A DNA stretch of 64,000 nt, taken from a virus. A program made the position numbers and the translations under genes. Location of the stretch: positions 8,313 to 72,312 of IMG/VR virus record IMGVR_UViG_3300049846_001597; one strand, written 5' to 3'. The notes beneath the pieces were generated by a model. The model made no database searches and was not told where the DNA came from. It worked only from the letters and a program-made list of their open reading frames with translations. Of the stretch, positions 1 to 7,891 are shown one piece after another. Numbering within the stretch: position 1 is the stretch's first letter; each line of letters starts with the position of its first letter.

Positions 1-203
1 CACGCCGCGCTCAAATTTATCCTTTAGCGCCTCGCGCTCGGTCATCCTGAAACTCCTCGGTCAAGGGTAGCTCCTGAGGGTTACTGTGGAATAAACGAGT
101 GAGCTGCCGACCGCAGGCGGCGCACGGGTAAAACCAGCGGACGTTTACTTGAGGGAGTTCAGAATGCGCGGCGTAATAAGCCAGAACGGCGCGCCAGTTG
201 CGT

Positions 204-401
204 TCAGCTGGGCAGGGTAGGCGGTTGCACATCCTGATCTGATGATGCGCTTGATTCGGTCTGTGCGCGATACGCCGCCTCTACGCAGAGGTCGCAGACG
301 TAGGCATATTCCCGACGCTCGCAGCCCTCGCGCGCATTCGACCAAAGTTTACGCACTTCGTATCGAGTGCGCTCACAGAAGGAGCAGCGCGGCTCGGTCA
401 C
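204..401 (-). CDS. ClpX-type C4 zinc-finger small protein
   Basis: CSFC..R.EVRKL...YVCDLCVE matches the ClpX N-terminal zinc-binding motif. Confidence 0.7.
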   Translation of the reverse strand: MTEPRCSFCERTRYEVRKLWSNAREGCERREYAYVCDLCVEAAYRAQTESSASSDQDVQPPTLPS

Positions 402-402
402 A

Positions 403-678
403 TCAATCCTCTCCCGTCGCCTGCTTGATGCGCTCCGCGAGATCGCAACCCATCTTGTTCATCCGTCCACCGAGCGCTAGCTCGATGTTCTCGACGCGAC
501 GGATTAGCGTCATTGTGTCGAGCGTAACGCTGTCAACGCCACCAGCGAACGCAGCGCGAGGCCGCAGGCCTTTAGCGTGAAGTCGAGCGATCATGCAGCA
601 AGGGCAGAGTAGGCCGCTGTCGTCTCCGTTGGTGGAAATCTGCACGTAGGGGCGGTCGCAATCCTCGCACGCGCTCAT
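403..678 (-). CDS. Hypothetical phage protein
   Basis: ATGA-coupled ORF with CxxC/CPCC motifs. Confidence 0.55.
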   Translation of the reverse strand: MSACEDCDRPYVQISTNGDDSGLLCPCCMIARLHAKGLRPRAAFAGGVDSVTLDTMTLIRRVENIELALGGRMNKMGCDLAERIKQATGED

Positions 679-974
679 CCTTCCCTCCCATTCGCATCAT
701 CCTGACCGGCGCAAAGATCGCCGTTGTTCGATCCGCGCTGATTGCACGCGTAACAAGCCAGCCGCAGATTACCGAAAGCGCTCGTCCCGCCACGCGACAA
801 CTGCACCACGTGCTCAATCGTCAGGCGGCGAGGATTGTCGGAGCGACCGTGCTGGATCAGCTTGATCCCGCAGTGGTAGCACGTCTTGCCGTACTTGCGG
901 ATCAAGTCTTTTCGATAGCCGCGAGCGCGCTTCCGTTGCTGATGTCTGCGGGCCGTTACGCTTTTTGCCATCAA
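675..974 (-). CDS. HNH endonuclease
   Basis: CYHC...TIEHVVQLSRGG...NLRLACYACN. Confidence 0.85.
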   Translation of the reverse strand: MMAKSVTARRHQQRKRARGYRKDLIRKYGKTCYHCGIKLIQHGRSDNPRRLTIEHVVQLSRGGTSAFGNLRLACYACNQRGSNNGDLCAGQDDANGREG

Positions 975-1023
975 GCATCATCCTGACCGGACGTCGCTCT
1001 CGATAGGCCGTACTCTGGTGCGG

Positions 1024-1515
1024 TCATGCGCGCTTGTTCCACGGCTTGAACGCGGCGATGGCGTCATGGTCGGGCCACGTCCCATCAAACTGGTGGGCAC
1101 GATCATCGATGGTGTAGAGCGCAGGCGGCTTGAAGATTGGCCACATGATTGAGCGAACCACCAGCTTCGACGCGCTGTGCGTCTCGTGCCACCACGGCTC
1201 CATTGCCGACTGCTTGTGAATGAAGTCTGCCCACCAGCGCGGCAGTTCGAACTCAAATTGACCGCCCTGCGGATCGCAACCACCGAGCCCCATCAGATGC
1301 GTGTAGAGCCAGCGCTTCATTGCCGGGATGCCGCCCCACTGATGGCTGCGCGACGACAGGATTGCTGGCTGAAAGCGTTCTAGTGAGCGCACTAGGTGCT
1401 CTAGCGCCCCCGGCACAGGTGGATCATTGCAAACACCAGCGCCTTCCCAGCCGCGCGCATACGTGCTGAGGGTGCCGTCGAAATCGTAGACGATGATGGG
1501 CTTACGCTTCTTCAA
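1024..1515 (-). CDS. HAD-superfamily phosphatase/nucleotidase-like protein
   Basis: DFDGTL motif I, ILSSR, IDDRA motif IV; TTG start at 1515 overlaps the upstream TGA. Confidence 0.75.
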   Translation of the reverse strand: MKKRKPIIVYDFDGTLSTYARGWEGAGVCNDPPVPGALEHLVRSLERFQPAILSSRSHQWGGIPAMKRWLYTHLMGLGGCDPQGGQFEFELPRWWADFIHKQSAMEPWWHETHSASKLVVRSIMWPIFKPPALYTIDDRAHQFDGTWPDHDAIAAFKPWNKRA

Positions 1516-1802
1516 TTTGGAAGCTCCTGACAGGGGATCATGACAGATCGCGGATCGTCTGGGCGACCAGCGGTTGTGATCGCTACTCGGTAGCCACAGC
1601 GCTTGCATGTGACGATGTATGCGCCGCACCGACGCGCCGGGTAAGGGAGCGTGCTCCGGCATGCTGGCCGCTGGCCGAGCGTGACATCAGCGTCGATGCC
1701 CTTTGGAAAATCGGGGTTCGGTTTGCACTGTGGCTCGCGCTCGTGGTCGATCCAGATCAAATCGAAGCGCTCCTCATCCAGCTTCTGCGTGCGTTCTTTC
1801 AT
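1512..1802 (-). CDS. Hypothetical phage protein (Cys-rich)
   Basis: Coupled ORF in the minus-strand operon. Confidence 0.6.
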   Translation of the reverse strand: MKERTQKLDEERFDLIWIDHEREPQCKPNPDFPKGIDADVTLGQRPACRSTLPYPARRCGAYIVTCKRCGYRVAITTAGRPDDPRSVMIPCQELPN

Positions 1803-2047
1803 GGCGACTTCTCTCCCTGTGTCCTTGGCTGCAGAAAAGCTGCGCAGTCAGAGCCGTGCGTTCCGTGCGTGAGCACGCATGGGTTCGACGGCACAGGCAA
1901 TTGCGTCGGGCTCCACGGCGTCATCCAGAATGGGTTCTCGGCAGGCTTCGCAACGCAGCGCCCGTAGCGCGGCTCTCTGCGATGCCACGGCAGGCGAGGT
2001 TGGCGCGTCCACTGAGCGCAATCCTTACACATCGCTTCCGCTTCCAT
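1799..2047 (-). CDS. Hypothetical protein (Cys-rich)
   Basis: Coupled ORF with CKDC motif. Confidence 0.5.
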   Translation of the reverse strand: MEAEAMCKDCAQWTRQPRLPWHRREPRYGRCVAKPAENPFWMTPWSPTQLPVPSNPCVLTHGTHGSDCAAFLQPRTQGEKSP

Positions 2048-2315
2048 CGTCAGCCTTGAGAGAGAACTTTTGGCGCAGGTTTTTGATACGCCGGTTGCGC
2101 TTGATGATCGCTAAGTTCGCTAAGCGTAGCTGCTCGCGAAGGGTCGCCATTTCGGCATGGTGAGCATACGAAACGCGAACCTGTAGCTTGAAGTTGAAGT
2201 CGAGAAGTTCAAGTTTGCGCGCGGCCTCCTCATGGAGAGGGGATGGGTCAGCGCGGAGGTCTTTGACGATCCCTTCCGTACTGCGCTCTGACATGCATCC
2301 GTCAGCCATCGTCAT
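2025..2315 (-). CDS. Hypothetical coiled-coil protein
   Basis: ATGA-coupled ORF. Confidence 0.5.
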   Translation of the reverse strand: MTMADGCMSERSTEGIVKDLRADPSPLHEEAARKLELLDFNFKLQVRVSYAHHAEMATLREQLRLANLAIIKRNRRIKNLRQKFSLKADDGSGSDV

Positions 2316-2518
2316 TCACCCTCTCCGGGTGCAGCCTCGATAGAGACGTTGCCTGCGCCGCTGAACTTGTGCCGATAGTCAGCAAGAGCGCCGCCGCAAC
2401 GTGGGCAATAGGCGGCTGTTGGCTCCACAAAAACCCACACGCTGCTCTTTGAGGATCGGCTAGATTCCTCTACCTGAAGGCATGAGTAGCGCCGCATAAC
2501 TTCGGGCCAGTACATCAT
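2312..2518 (-). CDS. Hypothetical zinc-ribbon protein
   Basis: YCPRCG motif; ATG at 2518 overlaps the upstream stop. Confidence 0.45.
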   Translation of the reverse strand: MMYWPEVMRRYSCLQVEESSRSSKSSVWVFVEPTAAYCPRCGGALADYRHKFSGAGNVSIEAAPGEGE

Positions 2519-2778
2519 TCTTCTCCGGGCGTTACTTCTGGAGAGCCATTCTCTTTCGCGAACGGATGGTGCTTGATGATGTCGTGCACAGCATCTGCGC
2601 CGTGCGCTTTCGCTCGCTCCGGCCATGTGTGGCGCAGCACGAAATCTACGAAGGCTCTAGCGTCGTCACGCGCCGCTCGCTGCGTCATGGCCAGAACTTC
2701 GGTTGTGATGGGGCCGATGCCGACCTCATTGCGAAGGCCGGATTTGATCAGCGCCTCGACACGATCTCTCAAAGCCAT
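2515..2778 (-). CDS. Hypothetical protein sharing a C-terminal module with 3942..4808
   Basis: GGAG RBS; FVDFVLRHTWPERAKAHGA..HHPFA. Confidence 0.6.
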   Translation of the reverse strand: MALRDRVEALIKSGLRNEVGIGPITTEVLAMTQRAARDDARAFVDFVLRHTWPERAKAHGADAVHDIIKHHPFAKENGSPEVTPGEE

Positions 2779-2957
2779 GTTCAGTCTCCGTGCGTTACGT
2801 TATCCGGGCCGTGTACGGCTGCGATCAGCGCCTTGCGCGCCGTCAGGCATCTTTCCCGATCCTCATAAGTTTCGCGATCAATCGCGCTCAACGACATGAA
2901 GTTCTCGCGTGCCTCCAAGTACGCATCCAGCGCATCCACGAAATTGTCCGCATCCAT

Positions 2958-3197
2958 TCACTTCCGCTCCTGTACGTTTACGCTCGCGTCTGCCGCCGCC
3001 TTGAAGTCGCTTCCAGCTTGAGCACGAAGCAGCGCGACGAGTTCGGCCAACGCGGTGACGAACAACTGAAACCCGCGCGGATCGGCGTTAAAATCGAGAG
3101 CGGCGAGAAAGGACCGCTGCATGCGCTTGTGCATGCTCGAAAGATGCGCGTTTGCGTCAAATTCGCGAAGCGCGCGCGTCACCATATCATCACTCAC
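2958..3197 (-). CDS. Hypothetical protein
   Basis: GGAG RBS plus GTG start within a 22-bp repeat. Confidence 0.5.
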   Translation of the reverse strand: MSDDMVTRALREFDANAHLSSMHKRMQRSFLAALDFNADPRGFQLFVTALAELVALLRAQAGSDFKAAADASVNVQERK

Positions 3198-3323
3198 GGC
3201 CATCTCCAGGGTTAGAATACAGACCCGCACGCAAACGCGACGATGAGAACGACGAGCGCGACCAGACCAAGAACAGCCCCGCCAAAACTAGGATCAGTCT
3301 CCACGGCCATCTCCAGGGTTAGA
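3195..3323. repeat. 22-bp perfect direct repeat (3195-3216 and 3302-3323) flanking a 30-aa membrane peptide ORF
   Basis: CACGGCCATCTCCAGGGTTAGA occurs twice; on the minus strand it carries a GGAG RBS and GTG start. Confidence 0.9.
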
Positions 3324-3427
3324 GGGTTTCTTGGCGGCGCGTTTCTCGGTTGCGCGAAGGCGCTGCTCCAGCTCTTTGATGCGAGCTTCATTTGCGCGCT
3401 TCCATGCGTCATTGAACTCAGCGGTAT

Positions 3428-3661
3428 TCATTCGCCATCGCCCTTGAGAGAGCGGATGCGTTCCGCAATCCTGCGAGCAACAGTTACGCCGGATGCGTCT
3501 TCATGCGACCACAGCGTATACTCATCCGCGATCTTTGCAGCTTGCTCAGTCGCATCGGCGCGGGCGCTCTTGAGAAGCGCGCTAATCGCCAGCACATCCT
3601 TGTCGCTTTCGCTCAAACCACAATCGCCCTCAGCCATCTTCCCGATCTCCATTGTCCTCAC
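3428..3661 (-). CDS. Hypothetical phage protein
   Basis: EQAAKIAD...IAERIRSL pattern common in small phage proteins. Confidence 0.55.
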   Translation of the reverse strand: MRTMEIGKMAEGDCGLSESDKDVLAISALLKSARADATEQAAKIADEYTLWSHEDASGVTVARRIAERIRSLKGDGE

Positions 3662-3941
3662 TCAGGCGATGCGAACACCAGCATCAACGGGACCGCGATC
3701 ATCGCAATCGACGCGCCCGGCGCACCAAGCGTAAGCAAGCAAATCATGTGCGGTTGGCGTTCTCACGTTTCACCTGTCTGTTCTGGTTGCCAGAAGTCGT
3801 CGGTTTCTTTCTTGAAGCGTGCGTAGTCGCGCGCCGTCATGCGCCAGCTCAGATGCAAAAAGCCGATGTGCAACAGCGCGTCACCGCAGAAGGGGTGAAT
3901 CTCGCGCCCCCATGACCATGGAAGTCCAATGTGAACGCGCA

Positions 3942-4808
3942 TCACTCGGCCTCCGCCTTGCTCGGGCCATACGACTGCGCGAACGGATGGTGCGCGATGA
4001 TGCTGTAAACCTCTTCGGCCCCGTGTGCGGTCGCGCGTTCAGGGAGCGTGTGGCGCAGCACGAACTCCACGAACGTCCTCGCCTCTTCGCTCGCGCTTCT
4101 GATGTGCGCTGCCTGGGCCGTCGCAGAGCGATTTGAGCGCAGAAAAACTTTGAGGGTGCGCCCATCGTCTTGTAGTGAAAGTTCAAGCGTCGCATCTGGC
4201 TCAAGCCGTTTCGTCATGATCCGGCCGTCACCAGTCACATGGTCGATCACTTCAAAGCGCGTCACCTTGTCGAAGATCACTGCTTGCCCTCCACCTGTTT
4301 CGAGAGCGCGGGAGAGAGCGGCGCGTGCGGTTGACTTGGCAAACGCAGCAATCTGGACGTACGGGTCTTTCCCGCAATTCTGATCTGGCGCAAACTCCGC
4401 TATCGCGTTCAGCGCCTCGTACAGATCAGGCGCAGCGGCGATCAGAGCGGCGTTGGCTTGGATGCGCTCCCATGATGCGCGCGAGCCGCCGTGTGTCGCC
4501 ATGAAGCAAACGCGGTTCGCGTCATCGCTATGAATGACAAGGCTGTCGCCGTCACCGTATGGGACGACAGACCACGGCCCATCTGCGTGCTTCATCTCAC
4601 CCATCTCTTCTCTCCTTGCTTTCTTCTTACTGCCGCTCGCGTTCGCCTTCTTGAAAGATAACCCCACATCCCCTCGCGAGCGGGGATCAGTCCTGTGCTC
4701 AGGACGCGCGTACATTCGCGTGGCACGCGACGCAGAGGCGGGGGCCTTGTTCTGTTTCATGTCGTCGTCTTCGCGCCACTCCCACGGCCCCTTAGTGTGC
4801 CCGCTCAT
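3942..4808 (-). CDS. Mosaic hypothetical protein (chain of small phage modules in one frame)
   Basis: Two HxxGPW motifs, ANAALIAAAPDLYEAL, SLQDDGRTLKVF and the FVLRHT module; internal RBS-like sites. Confidence 0.6.
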   Translation of the reverse strand: MSGHTKGPWEWREDDDMKQNKAPASASRATRMYARPEHRTDPRSRGDVGLSFKKANASGSKKKARREEMGEMKHADGPWSVVPYGDGDSLVIHSDDANRVCFMATHGGSRASWERIQANAALIAAAPDLYEALNAIAEFAPDQNCGKDPYVQIAAFAKSTARAALSRALETGGGQAVIFDKVTRFEVIDHVTGDGRIMTKRLEPDATLELSLQDDGRTLKVFLRSNRSATAQAAHIRSASEEARTFVEFVLRHTLPERATAHGAEEVYSIIAHHPFAQSYGPSKAEAE

Positions 4809-4834
4809 TCGTATTCCTCTTCTTGGTGAAGGGT

Positions 4835-5044
4835 TCAAACAGACAGAAGCACGTATTCGAGCGCTTCCATTGCGATCAGTCGGCGCTTGTGTTGCGAGCG
4901 CCCACAGTGCGGCGGGATGATGATTTTCACACCCGTCTCGCGATGCGTGACGACCATGATCCCGGCGTCCATGCCGACATGCTGACCGCCCGCAGAGTGC
5001 GCACGCTCAACAGTCACATCGAAATCTTCCACCGGGATCGCCAT
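4835..5044 (-). CDS. Stand-alone class I release-factor GGQ (peptidyl-tRNA hydrolase) domain
   Basis: RAHSAGGQHVG...VTHRETGV...RSQHKRRLIAM aligns with RF1/RF2/ArfB domain 3; GGAG RBS. Confidence 0.8.
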   Translation of the reverse strand: MAIPVEDFDVTVERAHSAGGQHVGMDAGIMVVTHRETGVKIIIPPHCGRSQHKRRLIAMEALEYVLLSV

Positions 5045-5095
5045 TTCCTCTCCATTTCATTTTCTTGAAGCGCTAAGAGCGCTAGGGGTTAGGAG

Positions 5096-5512
5096 TCAGC
5101 CACCGAGAATGATCAGGCCTGAGCGGGAGCCGAACGTGACGTTCTTGCGAGCGCTCATGTCGGGGAAGTCGATTGGCTCTAGGCCAGTCGTGTTCTCGTA
5201 ATCATCGTCTGGAATTGCCTTTGCGCACGGCATGTAATGGCCCGCGCGGTCGTCCCAGACCTCGCCGTCGAAGAACCAGTACGAGCAATCAGTCGTGCCG
5301 CTGTCGTCCCACGGCCACGGCCAGCCTTGCTCGGGCGCCGTCCAGTCATCGCGGGTCGCTGCGAACGATGTCACCGCCGCGCGAAAGTCTTCCTCGGTCG
5401 TGGCATCCTTGATGGGATCGTCAATGCCATCGCGATAGCCATCCCACGCGATGCTCCCGAGCCATTCGGCGCCCGCGCCCTTGCCAACGTAAAAGTCTGC
5501 TCGCGTTCCCAT
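5096..5512 (-). CDS. Hypothetical phage protein (acidic, Trp-rich)
   Basis: Strong GAGGAG RBS; MGTRADFYVG start. Confidence 0.7.
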   Translation of the reverse strand: MGTRADFYVGKGAGAEWLGSIAWDGYRDGIDDPIKDATTEEDFRAAVTSFAATRDDWTAPEQGWPWPWDDSGTTDCSYWFFDGEVWDDRAGHYMPCAKAIPDDDYENTTGLEPIDFPDMSARKNVTFGSRSGLIILGG

Positions 5513-5547
5513 CGAAATCTCCTCAGATCAAAGTTCAGTTGAAGCGG

Positions 5548-5751
5548 TTAGAAGCAGGCGTCACAGGTGCAGTGCGGACGCTTGCCGCTTTCGCAGTAGC
5601 GTGAGGCGGTGTGGCTCGGGTGGAAGGACGTGCCGACTGCGCGGTAGCGGTCGCACTCCGCACACTCACCCGGAGCGGCCAGTCGGCGCGACGCGGCCTC
5701 AGGCTTCAGCAGAGCGTTCGCTTGCGCCACAAGATCAGGTTCGTCGGTCAC
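5548..5751 (-). CDS. Small Cys/His-rich zinc-binding protein
   Basis: CAEC...PSHTASRYCESGKRPHCTCDACF; GTG start at 5751. Confidence 0.6.
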   Translation of the reverse strand: MTDEPDLVAQANALLKPEAASRRLAAPGECAECDRYRAVGTSFHPSHTASRYCESGKRPHCTCDACF

Positions 5752-5756
5752 GGGCT

Positions 5757-5784
5757 TCCTCTGATAAGATATATTATGTGAAAT
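5757..5784 (+). other. dif-like XerC/XerD recombination site
   Basis: TCCTCTGATAA-GATATA-TTATGTGAAAT: 11-6-11 layout, right arm one mismatch from the E. coli XerD arm TTATGTTAAAT; AT-rich intergenic island. Confidence 0.75.
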
Positions 5785-5816
5785 CAATGACTTAGCGCCC
5801 TCCACAGATGGGTTCG

Positions 5817-6038
5817 CTAGTCATAGCGATGACCTCTAATGTGCGGCCAGCGCATCGCGAACGTGTAAAGCACCTCGCGCGGCAGCGACGGATGCGCCGC
5901 AAGAATTTCCTCCATCGTGTTTCCGGCGCGCAGGCATGCGACAATATCCACGCAGCGCACGCGCGTGTCGTAGAACACGGGATCGCCGCCAAGGATGTCC
6001 GGGTCGCTGTGGACTTCAGAGGTGGGGTCAGTGTTCAT
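5817..6038 (-). CDS. DUF433-domain (antitoxin-like HTH) protein
   Basis: SDPDILGGDPVFYDTRVRCVDIV..L.AG.T.EEIL..HPSL. Confidence 0.8.
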   Translation of the reverse strand: MNTDPTSEVHSDPDILGGDPVFYDTRVRCVDIVACLRAGNTMEEILAAHPSLPREVLYTFAMRWPHIRGHRYD

Positions 6039-6265
6039 CGCTTCCATCCATTCGCAACGTAAGTCGTCACGTAATACTCGACCGGCATGTTGCCGGGGTC
6101 GAGATAGGTTTTCTTCAGCCACGTGCGGTGACACTTCACGCACGAGACGCCCTCTGATGGCCCGGTGAACGAAACGTCCCACGGGCCGCCTTCGTGCTCA
6201 CCGAAAGGGCAAGGATCATCGATGCCGAGTTCGGAGAGCTTCATGTCTGCCTCACTGTCGGACAC
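6035..6265 (-). CDS. Hypothetical protein
   Basis: Coupled ORF with CVKC motif. Confidence 0.5.
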   Translation of the reverse strand: MSDSEADMKLSELGIDDPCPFGEHEGGPWDVSFTGPSEGVSCVKCHRTWLKKTYLDPGNMPVEYYVTTYVANGWKR

Positions 6266-6498
6266 TCGTGCGGGATTACGAACGCCTCAAACGTGCTCCC
6301 CAGCCCACTAGCCGGGCGGTCGCGAAGCGCGCGCGCAAGTGTTGAGTTCGCAAACCCCAGCGGGATGGCCGCACCCGAAATCTCAGCATGCAACGCATCT
6401 TCAAGGTAACGTCCGCTCGACGCGCCGCACTCGCACTTGCGCTCAGTCATGGCGAGCTTCACTACGTCCTGACACTTGGGGCAGAAAATCAGCTTCAC
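6241..6498 (-). CDS. Hypothetical zinc-binding phage protein
   Basis: KLIFCPKCQDVVKL...CECG. Confidence 0.6.
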   Translation of the reverse strand: MKLIFCPKCQDVVKLAMTERKCECGASSGRYLEDALHAEISGAAIPLGFANSTLARALRDRPASGLGSTFEAFVIPHECPTVRQT

Positions 6499-6815
6499 AG
6501 CGCCCCTCCCCAATCGGTCATGGCGTAGTCGCGGTCGCGCTCGATCTCAGCGGCTTCCATCAAGATGCGCTCACGCCGCGCGGCGCTGTAGCACTCAAGA
6601 CGCCCAATGTCGTCAGCCGCGTTGACTACCTGAAACCCCATCTGAGCGACGCGCTCTACCGCCGCATTACTGCCAATCGCTGCGTAGCCAGTCGTCACCT
6701 GCGGCAGCGGCGCGCCGCGATCAAACATCCAGACGTTGCCGATGCCGGGCATGGCTTCACCAACGGCGGCAGCGCCGCCTAGGCCGAAGAAGCGTAAGAG
6801 CGAGCGGCGGTTCAC
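6495..6815 (-). CDS. Hypothetical protein with twin-arginine-like N-terminus
   Basis: NRRSLLRFFGLGGAAA; GTGA coupling. Confidence 0.5.
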   Translation of the reverse strand: MNRRSLLRFFGLGGAAAVGEAMPGIGNVWMFDRGAPLPQVTTGYAAIGSNAAVERVAQMGFQVVNAADDIGRLECYSAARRERILMEAAEIERDRDYAMTDWGGAL

Positions 6816-7015
6816 CGCTTCCATCCTAAGGCGCGGCGCAGCAGCTCGTTGGCGCGATGCAAATAAAGCACGCCGAATTGCGTAAACAAGATGACGACAT
6901 AGGCCAGCGCGATGAGCAAAAGATCGAGCCAATTTTCCGGCTCAAGATAGTAACGCCAAGCGCACGCTCCAATCTGCGCTAGTGCAATGACGATCATCGT
7001 CCAGGCGATTATCAT
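6812..7015 (-). CDS. Small two-TM membrane protein
   Basis: Two hydrophobic segments. Confidence 0.6.
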   Translation of the reverse strand: MIIAWTMIVIALAQIGACAWRYYLEPENWLDLLLIALAYVVILFTQFGVLYLHRANELLRRALGWKR

Positions 7016-7224
7016 GTGCTCTCCATCAGTGCGGTCACGAAGTCCATGATCTTGAGCGGCTGGCGCTTGGGCTTCGCGCGCGCCTTCTTCGCCAGCGCAC
7101 GGCCTGCGTCGGTCATCGCCGCAATCGTGTCGCTGACGCCTTCGATGTAGCCTGCGGTGTGGCCTGCTTTGCGGCCACGCTCGTACATCTCCAGCTCGCG
7201 CTCGTTGTAACTGCTATCGCTCAC
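7012..7224 (-). CDS. Hypothetical protein
   Basis: Coupled ORF. Confidence 0.55.
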   Translation of the reverse strand: MSDSSYNERELEMYERGRKAGHTAGYIEGVSDTIAAMTDAGRALAKKARAKPKRQPLKIMDFVTALMEST

Positions 7225-7493
7225 GGCTTCGCTTTCTTTAGCTCAACCTTGCCTACCGCTTGGTAAAGATCGTGCATCTCCGTGCTGATTTTCTCGGCGC
7301 GCAGTTTGAGTTTCGCCTTCTGCGCCACAACCGGGTGATCCAGCATGTAGCCGTCGAAGACTTCGGCAAAGAAAAGCGCGCGCGACAGCGCCTCTTGTAA
7401 ATCGAACTCGGTCAATTTCTGCGCTTTGACGCTGACTTGCGGCTCGATCTTCGCCATCCGTTTGGCGAGACGCTTCTTGGCTTTCTTGCCCAT
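7221..7493 (-). CDS. Hypothetical protein
   Basis: Coupled ORF with GAGGAGG RBS. Confidence 0.6.
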   Translation of the reverse strand: MGKKAKKRLAKRMAKIEPQVSVKAQKLTEFDLQEALSRALFFAEVFDGYMLDHPVVAQKAKLKLRAEKISTEMHDLYQAVGKVELKKAKP

Positions 7494-7891
7494 CAGAACC
7501 CCTCCTCAATCGGCCCGCCAGCAGCGACACGCTCTTGTGTCTCGGCAGCCAGTTGCTTGGCGCGGCGGGCAATGAAGCTGAAGTCATCGGCCACCGGGTC
7601 GCCAGCCTTGCGGACGTGCGGCGGCGGCGGCGGCAGCGGTTGGCCGTCTTCACCACGCACGGGCGGCGGCAGATCGTGCGCGGAGCCGGGCTTCGGCGCG
7701 ATAGCGCGGTGGCCGGTGCTCAGCGGGCCGCTAACATGCACAGGCGCACCCGGCTGCTTTACGCCATTGGCGAGGTAGTTGCGGCGCGAATCCGGCACGC
7801 TAATGCTGACCCGGCACGCGGGGCAAATGCAATGCTTGCTGTATTGGGTATCCCACTGATGCTGACAGCGAATACAACGAATGGTCTGCAC
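7493..7891 (-). CDS. Hypothetical zinc-ribbon, Pro-rich protein
   Basis: CIRC..CPAC; coupled ORF. Confidence 0.55.
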   Translation of the reverse strand: MQTIRCIRCQHQWDTQYSKHCICPACRVSISVPDSRRNYLANGVKQPGAPVHVSGPLSTGHRAIAPKPGSAHDLPPPVRGEDGQPLPPPPPHVRKAGDPVADDFSFIARRAKQLAAETQERVAAGGPIEEGF

